Shown piece after piece: positions 1 through 15,188 of a DNA stretch of 64,000 nt. The stretch covers positions 18,042,001 through 18,106,000 of the forward strand of contig CM022669.1 in NCBI GenBank assembly GCA_012295275.1, read 5' to 3'. The stretch's first letter is position 1; each line of letters opens with the position of its first letter. This DNA is from Chrysomallon squamiferum. Its lineage: Eukaryota; Animalia; Mollusca. The position numbers and the translations under genes are program-made. Below the pieces are notes generated by a model. The model worked only from the letters and a program-made list of their open reading frames with translations. It was not told the origin of the DNA and ran no database searches.

Positions 1-14
1 AATATACAGTTTTA

Positions 15-490
15 TGTATTTTTATCTTCAAATTTCTCTATAATAAATTATAATTTTTTTGCATATTTCTGTCTTCAAGGTTTCTCGGAAATAAAAAGTT
101 TTAGATATTTATTCTTTACTTTTTCTCTAATTAATTTTTTTTTTTTTTTTTTTAACTATTTTTCTCAATAATAAAAAGGTTTTACATATTTTTAAGTTCA
201 AGATTACTAAAAAAATAATTTAGTTATTTTTATCTTCAAGATTAGTAAATGGACAAATTTTAAATATTTTTATCTTCAAAATTTTCTCAATAATAATTTT
301 TTTTTACATATTTTTATTGTCAAATTTATGAGAAGGACATATTCTTTATTATAAATTATAAATATTTTTATCTTCAGTTTTTTTCAGTAATAAATAAATC
401 ATTTTCTACATATTTTTATCCTCATATTTAGCAGATATATAGAAATTAAAATAGTTTTATCTTCAAGCTTTCTCCCAAATAAAAAAGTTT
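15..490. repeat. Degenerate minisatellite, about 40-45 bp unit (core ATATTTTTATCTTCAA)
   Basis: Core recurs about 9-10 times, e.g. at 17, 64, 225, 264, 362, 409, 453. Confidence 0.7.
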
Positions 491-529
491 GTAGTAGACA
501 GAGATATATAGAATCATTTTTATGATCAG

Positions 530-1480
530 GTATTCTGGAGAATCATGGGACCCAATAATCCGAAACTTGTTCTGGAGGACACCAGTGATCTCAGTTACAA
601 CAACAATGGAGTTGAAGTCACCTCAGGCTCTCTGTTTTGGCCTGACAGCGAGGCCGGGGAGAAGAAATTCATCATCAACATCAAACCGTACACAAGTTGG
701 GAGATTGAGAAAACCTTCGTGTTGGAGATTTACAAAATCGAGGCAAGATCGCCAAGTACTGAAGCTGGAGAAATCAGTGAAACGAGAGGAAAAGTGACAC
801 TAAAAGTAAGTGTCAGTTCGTCTGTTCATCCTCGTGTCGTTTTTTTGTTAAAGATGTCTGTCAGTTTGTGTGAACATTCTTATAATTTTGTATAATATTT
901 TTTTTTTAAATCATTTCAGTTATGTGTGGTCTTTGATCTGGTTTGTTTTATTGACTGTTATACATACACATAGACATAAATTCGCGTTTGAGACAAGCAT
1001 TTACACACACACATGTTGCAAATATACAGAGACATACTCAGTTATGTATATGTATATATATTACAGATAATCTGTGAAATCAGTTGTTACATATAATGCT
1101 TTTATCATTATATTCAGAGGTTTGGGGGATCCTTCTGTTACAATTAATGTTAATAAGTATTTGTTTTTATCATTATATTCAGAGGTTTGGGGATCCTTCT
1201 GTTACAATTAATGTTAATAAGTATTTGTTTCTGTTGTCCGATTCAGAAGTTTGGAGATCCTAACAATTAATGTTAATAAGTATTTGCTTTTTTCTGTTGT
1301 CAGATTCAGAAGTTTGGAGATCCTAATGGAATAATTCAGTTCAGCAAGGCAGCACAGGAAGTGAGAGAAGTTGAGGAACCAGGAACAGGAACACAAGATC
1401 TCGTCTTCCCTGTCACCAGGAAGGACGGCACAGGAATTGTGGGAAATATAAAGGTGAAACTAAAAATTGTGATACCTTTA

Positions 1481-1536
<56 letters not shown>

Positions 1537-2352
1537 TAAATTGGTTTTGTTTTTATGTGTGGCTGTGTGTGTGTGAGTAATATTAAGTATGTTAGTTTAA
1601 TTTTTATATCCATTTTTGGCTCTGTCCAAAATGTATCTGTTTGTGTGAGTGTGTTTTGTATGTGTACATAAGTACTTATGTACATATTTATGCACGTATG
1701 TATGTATGTTTGTATGTATTTTTATGTGTGTGTGTGTATGTAAATACATATGTATATATATGTCTCTGTGTGTGTATATACATATGTATATAAGTATGTA
1801 TGTTTATGTGTATGTATATAAGTATGTATGTATGTATGCTGAGATACATTAAAGTCTAACTTGTCTTTCTATTCAGATATTCTGGGTGGTGACTGGACCA
1901 ACAGGGACAACACCAGACGTGCAGCCTCAAAATGGTTCAGTTTATTTAGCCGACGAACAGAGGTCAGGGCAGATAACTCTGAAAGTTTTGTCAGACGATG
2001 TTCCCGAGCTAACAGAGACATTTACAATGAAGCTGACGAAAGTCGAAGGTGGAGCAGAACTTGACACAGAACACCGAAGTTCTGTTTTCAAAATTAGGTT
2101 TGTGAATTTGTTAAATCTGATATTAATTTACTGTAAAAACTCAACACAGTTTATTTTTTATTATAAGTTTATAAGAATACAACAGAGTCTTTGCATGATG
2201 AAATTTTTAAATACAATCTAAAATGTTTATATATGTGTTTTCCTGCCTGTCTGTCTGTTTTTCTCTCTCTCTCTATGTAAGTATGAATGTATGTGTGTAT
2301 ATATTTTAGATTCTGTTTCAAAATATGATTATATGTGTGTATGAATATATGT

Positions 2353-2384
<32 letters not shown>

Positions 2385-2895
2385 TTTCTGTCAAAAATAG
2401 AAATGCATATTTGAAATATTAATGCAATTATCTCTTTGATCCAAAGTAACATAATTTTATTACTGCTGATTATATCACAGTAAACTTTTACATGAGTATG
2501 CAACAATATACGTGTTATGAAGGTGGGGTTTTTTGTTTTTTTGTTTTTTTCAGGTACAATGATAACCCACATGGTATGTTTGGAGTTGTGTCTAAAAATC
2601 AGAAGATAGTTGTGGATCAAACAGACCTGTCAAGAAGAATAAAGCTGAACTTTACGCGTCACGCTGGCACCTTCGGCAACACCATTCTGACCTACTCAAT
2701 CAACTACAACAAGGTCTGTACTGAAATATAATAGATACATACACACACACACACATACACACATACACATACACACACACACATATACACACATACACAT
2801 ACACATACATACATACACACACATACACACACATACACACATACATACACATACATACACACACACACGTACATACACACACATACACACATACG

Positions 2896-2934
<39 letters not shown>

Positions 2935-5157
2935 ACACATACATACACACACATACATACACACACATACACACATACATACACATACACACATACACAC
3001 ACGTACATACACACACATACACACATACGCACATATACATACATTCACACACATATACACATACACACACATGCACTCACATACACACATACACATACAT
3101 ACACACACACATACATACACACATACACACACACACACATGCATACACACACATACATACACACACATACACACACATGCACACACACACACACACACAT
3201 ACACACACATGCTCACACACACTCACACACACACATACACACACACACACACATATATATATTTATGTACATACACATCAATTAATTACATTCACAGTAG
3301 CATTTATATACACATTAGAAAAATAAAAAACTGAAAACAGTCTTTGATAACTCGGACATCTTTCTCTCCAACTGTTTCAGTGAGTCCAGCTAAATTTGTA
3401 ATGATAAATTTCAGAAGGTAAAATATCCAACACTCAAAAACCTCAGTCTTTTGAAGTGACATTTCATGCCTGTATGAAGATTTATATAAATTTCAAAAAC
3501 TCAAAAATTCCTCTGGAGCATTCAAGAGCTCTTTTCTGAAGCACATTTTTAAATACTATAAATATAATTTAATGTTTATTTTTTGAAATTATTTATCCAA
3601 TTGTTAATATATACATTATCTTTAAAAGCCTCTATCTGGAATAGTCCTGTCTGAAAACACTGGTACTGTCACCTTTAATGAAGGAAACAGGTATGGTCTT
3701 AAGACAATAGACATCAAAGGAAATGGGTTTCTGGAAATTGGGTCAACATTTACAGTTTCCCTACAAAATGTACAGTATCTAGGAAACGGAAGTAAGTAGT
3801 TTTTCAAAATTTATATATTTAATTTTTTAGTGCAGCTAGAATTCATTATTATTATCATTATCATTATCATCATTATTATTATTATTATTATCAGCCATCA
3901 TTATTATTATTGTTATTATTATTTCTGTCCTTCTTATTATCATCATTATTATTATCACTACCATTATTACTATTATTATTTCTATTATTATTATTATTAT
4001 TATTAACCATAGCAGTAATAATACCACTAGTTTTTATTATTATCATCATCATTACTTTTAAAGCTTTTAAAATACACACTATTTATTACATCACTGATCA
4101 TCATCATCATAATCTTTCTTAAACATGACACTATTTATTACTGTTATTATTTCCAGTGACCGAAGCTCCGCGACTGAAAGCAGGTGAAACTGAGGCTCGC
4201 ATTTCTGTCCCAGCATTGGCAGCTAACAGCAAGGTTGGCTTCAAAGATACAGTCGTGAGTGTCAATGAGGGTAAGCACATTTAAACAAAAAATTCAAAAA
4301 AAAAAATTTTTTAATTTTAAAAATTAAAATAGAAATCTGTTACAATTTGTCACAGGTTGAAAATCCTTTATCTGAAATGGTTGTGTTTCGATGTGTTACG
4401 GATTTCGGAATTATTTTTTTTTTACGATTTTGGAATATAAAGAAAAAAGCAGAAGATAATTGTTCATCAGCCTGTATGATAAACAGTGGTGCTCTGAGAC
4501 ATGCACACTCTACACACAAGAGCAGCCAGTATATTTTCAAAAACAATCATAATGATAAAACGATAAATGATAACTCTGTTTTGGTTGTGGTAACTGCATT
4601 TTAATACTCATAACTGAATTTTTGATGACAATAACAGAATTCTTTTTAGTGATAATTTCCTTATGATACTCATAATTGCATTTTAATAGCAATAGCCGTG
4701 TTTTGATAATCACAACATTTATAACAAGACAGCATGAGTGGTGCATGTAGGTACTCACAAAATTGTGAGCGTCACAGATGATACACAGCCTCTTGGATTT
4801 CAAAATAAAGTGTTTTTTGTAAATGTAATGATTGTTTTTCAGACACTCAGATGGTAAAACTGACAATAATAAGGAAAGGAACGTACGGAAGTATAAATGT
4901 CGACTGGCTGGCAGGCGTCGCAGAGCTTGTCCCTGGGGTTGTCAATGGTTTGATCACGCCATCTAGTGGCAACCTCAACATACCACACGGTGTAGAAACC
5001 AAAGAGTTTTCTGTTCAGGTAATTGTGAGCACATTAAACTATTTTGCTAAATTGTTAATGAGAGGTATATTGTAATCCTAAACAGAGTTTGTTGTTAATT
5101 GATAATAATAAAATTACTTTTTATTATCTGAATTTATCTGCTTATTTGTTTATTTGT

Positions 5158-5188
<31 letters not shown>

Positions 5189-5806
5189 TTAAATTATTTA
5201 TTTACTTATTTATTTATTTATTTATTTGTTTATATATATATATTTATTTATTTATTTATTTACATACTTACTTACTTATTTATTATTTTTACTTACTCAT
5301 GAATTTATTTGTTTTATTTATTATTTTAATTTATTTTATTTTATTTATTTATTTATTTATTTATTTATTTGTTTATTTATTTATTTATCCAGACACTAAA
5401 GTAAATTCCCTACCATTTAACAATATCATTAATTTAATTATTATAAATATTCAAAAATTTAATCTAAATTTTGAGCAAATATTAAACAATTAACATTTAA
5501 CAATTACAAATTATTAACGATAACTATAAACATAAAGATACTTCTGCAGATTATTTTTTATTAACATTATTTTAATGTTTATGAAAATTTGTGTTATTGT
5601 TATTATTAAAGGTCAAACCAAATGCTAATGTAAGAGAAACATTCTCAGTTCGTCTGCCAGGACCTCCAAAAACAACAGTGAAAGGTGGCACACAGCTATT
5701 GGTTGATCAGAAAGAGGCTGCCATTGAACCATTTGGATTGGTTGAATTTGCTAATAACTCATTACACCCTACAGTTTCAGAACTGGAAGACAAGGTTAAA
5801 AATAAA

Positions 5807-5843
<37 letters not shown>

Positions 5844-6430
5844 GGAACTAGAATGGGAATATATTTAAATCCTAATTGATGATGTTATCAATTTAAAAAA
5901 AAAGAAAAAAAAGATCATATATAGATTGCTTTAAATGAAATAGAATCAATACAGAGTGAAATTTATATTTTTTAACATAAAAATATTTTATTGCATGGAA
6001 ATTAAATTAATTTCATGATATGTTTTTTACTGTATCATTATTTATTCTTTTATTTATTTTTAATGTTTAAATAATCAAGTTAAGGATAGATTTTGATTAT
6101 TTATTCTTTGATTTATATTTATTTATTTATTTGTTATTTTGTTTAGGTTATTCTGACTGTAATTAGACTGTATGGTTTCAACCGAAAGCTGGAAATAAAA
6201 TATGAAACTGAGGCTGAAACTGCACAGCCTAAACTTGACTATAAAGAAATAAAAAATGGACTGATTAGTATGGACCCTGCACAAACTACAGCAACTATTG
6301 CCATTCAGGTATAGAACCAAAGAATGAATGGAATGTTGAATGTATGATTTAAACATTGTATGTATGAATGGTCATTTAATCTCATGGATTTGTTTGTCAT
6401 ATTAGGCAGTGTCTGTGTTTGTGTGTGGGA

Positions 6431-6497
<67 letters not shown>

Positions 6498-8002
6498 GGA
6501 GAGGGAAGTGGAGAGACAGAGACAGAGAGAAAGAGAGAGAGAGAGTGTCTGTATCTATCTTTATGTGTTTGTGTGTGTGTGTAGTGTGCACATGAAAATG
6601 CATGTATATGTATGTGGGTATGCGTATGTAAAACCTAAACTACTGAAACTAATGTAATAATGATGTGGAGCATTTTTATATTTTATAACATTTCATAACA
6701 AAATGAAAGGTATCTATTTGTTTATTTTTCATTTACAGATATTTCCTGACAGCCAAGTTGAAACTCCAGAGACGTTTAAAGTGAAACTTTTGAGTGTTGA
6801 AAAATTCCCAACATCAGCCCATCCCAGTACGTTTTCTTTACGTACAGTCGACTCAAACAGTCCATTATAAACAACCTTCACAATTTAGTCATCTCTGTCT
6901 GTTTGTTGTCTCTAGCTTTCCCCACTCTCTCTATCTGTCTCTTTCTCTCTATATCCTTCTCTCTCTTATTGTCCCGGTATTCCTGCCTCTCTTTTTTCTG
7001 TCTTGTCTATAATCTGGTTGTGTTTTGTTACATGCAGTGAAATACAAACAGCTTCAAAACACAGAAATTCATTTTATCAACTGTTAATTGACACTCAAGG
7101 CTATTTTTATTCTGAATAATGAATTTGTAGGTATATTATTATTTTACAATGTAGAGAGTGATAAATTAATTTGTCATAATTTATAATACTACTACTACTA
7201 CTACTACTACTAATAAAAATAATAAAAGAACCAACAACAGTAAAAATAATATGAAAAATAATAATGATAATAGCAACATAATGATAATGATGATGATGAT
7301 AATGATAATAATAACAAAAGAGACTGATAATTAATTGTCTGAAATCTGAAAAGCTTCTAAAACCAACTATTTTGGTTCTGTTTAAAGCATATTTATTTAT
7401 TTGTATATATTAAAGTTTTATTTGATATTTTCTTTATGGATAAACTTTGTATTTTTTATTTATACAGAAAACATACCTGATCAGAAATAGCAGTCAGTAT
7501 GAAACATCCATGATGTTAAACAAATTTTGTGTTTGTTTGTTTTTGTTTTTCTTCAGGTCCATCTCCAAGAATCAGTTCTAAATATGCTGTCTCCATGGTT
7601 ACCATCAAAGAAAGTACTGCCCCCTATGGGATTCTCTCATTAGAACCAACTTTGATATCAGTGCCAGAAAAATTTGCCAAGGTCATACTTAAAGTTAAAA
7701 GAAGTGGTGAGTTGATCTAATATTTTTTAAGTGACAATTTTTTCCTGATCAGTCTTAAGTTTATAGCAGTAATATGGACCAGCCAATTGTACAGTATTCA
7801 GTTTGTTGGGTGTATCACGTGATGTTCTCTTTATACTGCTGTTATTGTGGAAAATTTGAAATCATATATAGTAAACAAATAATAAATAATAAATAGTATT
7901 AAAAATCCTTCCTCTTAAAAATCTAAAATTGACAATTCAGTCACTTAAAGAAAACAATATATAATGAAATAAATAAAAAATGAAAAAAAAAAAAAAAAAA
8001 AA

Positions 8003-8051
<49 letters not shown>

Positions 8052-11000
8052 TAATAAATACAAATAAAGAAAAACTTTAAAGATAAAAGTAATATAATAA
8101 ATTAAAAATAAATTATAAATATTATACAAAAACAACAAGAATTTTAATTTTTTTTCTAAAAGTATCTATCAAAGTTTATTTATTTTTTTATTTTTGTTTT
8201 TTTTATTTTTATTTTTTTCCTACAGGAAGTCCTTTTGGTGAAATAAGTGTCAAAGTTCGGACAGTAGGTGGGGGAGAAGCCTGGACATCGTCAATAGTAC
8301 CGAATATAGGAACAGGGACAAATGATACAATTCGGGACATTTTGGGACAGAAGGACAAACTGAACATAGCCACTGGTGGACGAGATTACGAAGTGTTAGA
8401 CATTACACTAACATTCAAGGTCTGTGAAACTGAAAAATTACTAAACTGAAGACTGTTACAACATTAGAACTCTCTCTGTCTTACTGTTTGTCAGTCTCTT
8501 TCTTTTTCTCTCAATAAATCTCTTTTTCCTCTGTCTGCCGGTCTGTCTGTTTGTTTGTTTCTAGCTTTTTCCACTTTCTTTATGCCTCTTTTTCTCTCTC
8601 TTTTTCTCTATCTTTCTCTTGGTATCCCTGTTTCTCTCTTTCACTCTGTCTCCTTGTCTCTATGTTTTTCTCCCCATGTATTTCTCTTTAGTGCATTTAT
8701 GAGTATATGGTGTGTGTGTGTGTGTATTAAAGTTTAAATGCTTCTCTGTGTAAAATTATATATATACACACACATAACACATACAACATACACACAGTCA
8801 CACACACACACACACTAATAATACCAGAAATACATGTGCACTTGTCAATAACTGATTTTATATTTTTAAAAGTTTTAATTTTCTGTATTATTTTTTCTCA
8901 TAGACCAGTGAATATGAAAAGCAGGTAGCTTTGACAATTTTAGATGACAACATACCAGAGGGGGCCATGTCAGTGATTGTCTTCCTCACGGAGCCACAAG
9001 GTGGCGCTAAAATAGCCAGTGGAACTCCAGATGGTGGCAAAAAAGTAAGATGTAAATTATAATTTTCCAAAATTTTTAACAAAATTAAAAAATCACTTTT
9101 TATTTTATTTAATAATAAAAAAATAAAAATTAGGAAAACTAAATTAAAATAAAAGATGATGGCATTAACTGGTTAAATAAAATGGATTATTTTAAAAAGT
9201 GTAGGAGATAAATCTTGTTTAATATATTGTTATTATTACAGTTGTGTAGAAATATAAATATTTATTAATTTACTTTATTAAAGATTAAATAAAAACAGCT
9301 TAGTAGTGACTTATCATATTTAATTAATTTTCATATATATTTTCCAACAACTGCACATTTTCATCATAACAAAAGTGGACGTTTGCCATCTTTAATTCAT
9401 TTTCTATATATTTTTCTTTGTTGGATGTTCAATAATCCTTTGTCATTTCATAAATATCTACAAATAATGTTATATTTTTATTGCAGGGATATTCTATTGT
9501 GACAATTGAACCAAGTGATCTATCGAATGGTGTGATTGGTTTCTCGAGAAATTCCAAGATAAAATCAGCCAATGAAGATCTCTCTCCCAACGTGACACTC
9601 ACTCTGATCAGAAATAACTCTTTTATTGGAGAAGTGCAGGTATCTGTATACAGTATAATCTACCAGCCTTAATGGTTAATGAAATACTCAAGCTAAACTA
9701 CTGGACCAACAGATATATTCAGCGACATTAATTCCACATTACTGTTTAAAATAGATGTGTTTTATGAAGTCACTCTGATCAGAAATAACTCTTTTATATA
9801 GATGTGTTTTGTGACACTCACTCTGATCAGAAATAACTCTTTTATTGGAGAAGTGCAGGTATCTGTATACAGTATAATCTCAAGCTAAACTACTGGACCA
9901 ACAGATATATTCAGCGACATTAATTCCACATTACTGTTTAAAATAGATGTGTTTTATGAAGTCAGTGTTCAGTTATTAATATAAAACTTACAATGGGTAG
10001 AATTTACCCAAAAAAGAAATAAAATGTCTGCCTCCATACAAGATATATTATCATGATTTCCTGTTAATTTCAAAGTTACTATTTCTCTTGTTTACTAGAC
10101 ACACGATAGTATCTTGACTTTATTTAAAAATAAAAAATAATATAATTTAAAAAAAAAAAAGTTATTATTTTTTTTAAATTATTTTTTTTCCTCTTGTTTT
10201 TATTTGTTAGCTTTTTGTTGAAAAAATTGCCTTCTTGGAAGCAGAACCTATATAAAATTATTTCTTAGAGTATATTTAAAAATATATATATATATAAATA
10301 TACTCTTAGAAATAATTGCATATTGTATATTTTACATATAATTGTTTTCATTACATTACTTATTATATTTGTATACTGTAGATTTTTACATTATTTGTTT
10401 TCATTATTATGATATTACATATTTTAGATTTATCATGCATTTTTTTTTCTTTATATTACTCATTATTATTCAATACTTTCATTTGCTATATATTTTATTA
10501 CATTTTATCTTCGTTATATTAATTTTTGTATGATATAAATTCCAAGTTTTATTATATATTTTAAGATAACATTGATTTAATTACTTTGCTTATTTCACTA
10601 TAATATTAAATAATCTAGGTTTCATGGAAGGCTAAGAAGTCGAAGACAAGTAGTGACCAAGAAGATTCTGATTTATCTGGTCAGTTAGTATCGGTCAAAG
10701 GAGTGACCACTTGTCCAGCCAAACAAAGTCACTGCCCACTGGTGGTCAAGTTGATAAATGATGATGTATGTTGATAAAAAAAATTTGTTCTTCAAATTAT
10801 TTTTTGTTAATTGCATAGATGTTGCAATTTGAAATAAACACAGTTTTCTTAAGTTTTTGAATTTCTGAATTGAATTATTTTTCAGTTAAAAAAATTAGTT
10901 ACTGATTTATATTTAGGGTGGTTGTGTTCTTTTTTATTTTGTAATTATTCTTTGTTATCTATTTATTTTTAATTTAATTGTTTTTTGTTTTTGTTTTTTC

Positions 11001-11536
11001 TTCAATGTTTTTCTGTGAGTGTGTTTGTGTTCTTTGTTTGTAGCTGGGGGGGGTTTAATAAATCATATTTTTCCTTCTTTTTATTTATTTATTTATTTAC
11101 TATTTATTTTGTTTCTTTTCTTGATTTCTAATCTATTTTTTTTAATTCTGTTTTCATTTTCATTCTATTTTCTCTCTTTTATTTCATTTAATTTTCTTTT
11201 TTCTCTTTTTAAATTTCTTTATTTTACTTCTGTCATTCTTTTTTCATTATTTTCTCTATCATTTTTCTTCTTTTTCGTGTCATTTGAATTACATATTTAT
11301 TTTAAAAACAATTTTCAGTCTGTTTATTCTTTTAACTTGGGAATATTTGTGTTTGCAGATTCCTGAAGAAAGTTGGACATTTTTTGTCAGACTGGAAAAA
11401 GCTGAAGTAGATGCAGAGATTGACAAAGACAGTCGATTCGCTCAGATTAATGTCATACCAAGCGACTACATTAGAGGACTTGTCCAGTTTACGTCAGACA
11501 CCAGGTATGTTGATGTCTAGCTGTGCGTCTGTCCAT

Positions 11537-11597
<61 letters not shown>

Positions 11598-12253
11598 TAT
11601 CTATATAAATAACTTTGTTTTGTTTATAATTTACAGAAATAATTTTGTTTTATTTGCTTTGTTTATAACTTAAATACATCATTTTGTGTTCACTTTTTAC
11701 TTTATATATGTAATTTTGTTTCATTTCTAATTTATATATGTAATTTTGTTTCATTTCTAATTTAAATGTAAATGATTTAGTTTTGCATATAATTTATGTA
11801 CAAAATTTAGTTTTGTTTATAATTTAAATAAATAACTTTGTTTTGTTTATAATTTAGATAAATTGTTTTGTTTTCAATTTATATACATAATTTAATATTT
11901 TTTTTACTAATTTAAGTACATAATGTTTTCGCTTTTTTTTATTATGTCAGAATCATGGTAGTTTCTGAAAATGATAAAAGCATCAAACTAAAGGTGGAAA
12001 GAGTCAAAGGTCAAGGTTACAAAGTTGTGGTCTCATACAACACTTTACAGATAACAACGGAAATCACTGTGGCTGGACAGAAGTTTTATCCAGCACTGGA
12101 AGGTTCAGATTTTGTTGGACAAACTGGATCACTCATCTTCCAGGCTGACCGACAGGTAAGTTCATTCTGTAAATATCTGTCTGTCTGTTTGTGTCTAATT
12201 AATAAAAACAAATTATTATTTTTGAAATTTACTTTGTGTATATTTGTTTTTTT

Positions 12254-12309
<56 letters not shown>

Positions 12310-12694
12310 AATCCTGGCAAATAATTGAGAAATGAAAATAAAACTTCATCATCTGTTTTCTTTTATGTTCTCTGCGTGATACACCTACACCAAACAGTCA
12401 TTAATAAATTTCTAAAACTTTCTACTATTTATAATCACTGTATGTTATTTTAAAAACTGCATTCAGTCAGCTGGGTCTGTACATTTATTTTTTCATTTAA
12501 TGTTGAACTGTTGTTCGTATTTACGTGTTGCTTAAGCAGTGACAAAGCAGACTGTTAGAAATTAATTTTTTTAATAATATTTTTTTTCAGGATGTTCAGT
12601 ACATTCATCTGACTTTAACCCCAGTTCTGGCATCAGACAACCCTTTACCAAAACAGTTTTCAGTTAAGCTCAAAAACCCTACAAATGGAGCCAG
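530..12694 (+). CDS. ADGRV1: ADGRV1 ectodomain exons encoding tandem Calx-beta repeats
   Basis: Repeated Calx-beta signatures: LSDDVPELTETFTMKL, FPDSQVETPETFKVKL, LDDNIPEG, INDDIPEESWTFFVRL, SDLSNGVIGF, SDYIRGLVQF; all introns here are GT-AG. Confidence 0.9.
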
Positions 12695-15153
12695 GTAATT
12701 AGCTACTTGAATAATTAATGTTCTTTTTGTGTCATATGTGTAAAATGTGTATGTGTCTGTGTGTGTCTGTCTCTCTGTTTGTTTGTGTGTGTTGTGTGTA
12801 TCTCTCTGTGTACATGAGTAATGATAATAAAAATCATTATAATTTAAATGTTTTGACTATTTATTTATTTTTTATTTTTTTTATATTAATTTTAGATGGA
12901 CAGAGGGAAAAATTATAAATATAAATAGATAAGTAGATAAGTGGACTGGAATAGACAATTTAAAAGATAGGCAGAAAGACAGACTGACAGACAGACAGGT
13001 ACATAGACGGAAAGACAGAAAGGTATATGGATAGATAGGTAGAAATATAGGTAGGCAGGCAGATAGGTTTAAATTAATAAAAAGCTGTAAAAGATCTTTA
13101 ATAAAATTTAATTTTGTAGTTTTGACACTTCTTCTTGTTCAAAATAATTAGGAATATATTTAGTGATGTCTGTACTGCTCTAGAGTGAAACTGAGTTCAC
13201 TAGTGAGTGTCCTACAGTACATGGGACCTGTATTTAACGTTACTGATATATATATATGTATATATGATATTTATTTACCACTTGAACTACAATGAAAAAG
13301 GTATGAGAAAGATATGGCATATATGGGTTCTGTGAGACATGTAATCAGTTTCACAGGTTACATAACACTGGTTTAGACATTCGGTTTTACTGAATGGCTG
13401 TTTGTACAAAGTGATTCAAGCTTCCTTATGAAACTGACTGACTAACAAATGTTTCCTTATTACTGATGTGACAAAGGCTGTTGTTATAACAACAGAGAAA
13501 CATAATGAATCAGCATTTTTTTTCACAACATTATTTCATGGGTGGTGGACAGTAAAAGCCATTTGAATTTCTAAAATACAGAAATAAAAGAAATTTGAAG
13601 AACATGTTTGGAATAGTTTACATTGGAATTAATTTCTGATTAAGATTTGAACTTGTAACATCTGGGTGTGTTTTTCCTGACATATTTTTTCTTGAACTTT
13701 CAAATGGATTTCTGAAGAACTGTTGGCACTGTATACAAATCAGAATTGTTGTTCTTTCTTTCTATGAACTCATGATGTTTTGGTTTTATACTTTTTTTTT
13801 TATTGTTACTTGTATTTTTTTGTATCTGTTGGAAAAATTAGTCAGAAGACTTTCTTTATGGATGATTGGAATTGTTGGTAACTTGACAGAACAATGAACA
13901 AATTACAAAGAAAAATGTTTGACCTAAATTTATTGATTGATCAACAAATAATGACTGATAATTGGCTATGTATAATAGATGATTAAATTAAATGCACATA
14001 ATTATCATTTGTTATTACTGTCACTAGAATTTTACAGTATTTTCTTTAAATGTAAGTGCTAAAATATTAGCAAAGTCTTTTTCTTTGATAATTTGTCAAA
14101 TGTTTACTTTTATACCATAATTTATTTCCTTTGTAAATCCTTTTCCATGCAAGGTTTGTATTTTTCTTTTATGTGAAGGAAAAGGTTTAAACAAATGAAG
14201 CATTAATTCTAAAAGGTAAATCATAAATGATTAAAAAACAATTGTCAAAATATAATATATATTATTTTAAAAGATTTTATGTAAATATAATTTTGTAATT
14301 TAGGGTTTGTAGTGCATATTAATTAACAACACAATATTATAATAAATCATTTTCCTTTTCTCTTTCTTTCTTTTTTTTTTTTTCCCCAAATTTAAAAAAA
14401 AAATAATGAAGTTAATTTTATCATTTCTATTTTTCATGATAGTTTGCATCCAGAGTTTTCTAAAGCACAAATAAGAATAGTAAAATCAGGCAAAACTGCG
14501 TTGTGGAATGTTATAGCAGACCTTGAGAAAGGCCCATTAGATGATAACCAAATTCAGAAGTAAGTAAAAACATTCAATTTAAAATTAATTATATTTATTT
14601 TTATCATCATCATCATCATCATCAGTAGCTGTATTACCAATAGCAGCCCTAGACATATGTATGTGTGTGTGGTGTGTGTGTACAAGGATACGCACACACA
14701 TGCATACCATGCACACACATTTGATAACAAAACACCTTATAATGATAAATAAATGTGTGGGTTTTTTTTTAACTACAGAATAAACAATCAGCCCTAGACA
14801 TATGTATGTGTGTGTGGTGTGTGTGTACAAGGATACGCACACACATGCATACCATGCACACACATTTGATAACAAAACACCTTATAATGATAAATAAATG
14901 TGTGGGTTTTTTTTTAACTACAGAATAAACAATCAGCTGGATGATATTGTTAAAAAGGATCTCGATGAAGAAGATGTATCTTTAATAGAATTTGGACTGA
15001 AAAATATTACAGAGGAAGGAAAAAAAAGAAAGTAAGAAGTGTTTTTGTATTTTATATTGTTTTGTTACATGTTCACAATGTTTGTGTACTCTGTGTAGTA
15101 GCATGAACAACAGTATTAATTTTTTTAAATATTATTATTCATTTATTATTACT

Positions 15154-15188
<35 letters not shown>

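Noticed and set aside
2696-3334. ORFs of 87-172 aa made of VCVC/THTH
   Set aside because: Translations of a CA/TACA microsatellite inside an intron.
3335-3540. Possible Tigger-like MITE relic (GATAACTCGGA)
   Set aside because: No matching second TIR or target-site duplication visible.
5089-5493. Hydrophobic 134-aa ORF, and similar ORFs at 11019, 15082, 21674 and 60623
   Set aside because: TTTA/TTA simple repeats, not membrane proteins.
13150-13800. Non-repetitive intron stretch with a GKTHPDVTSS (TPR-like) peptide on -
   Set aside because: Frames are short and stop-interrupted, with no coherent splice sites; similarity too weak.
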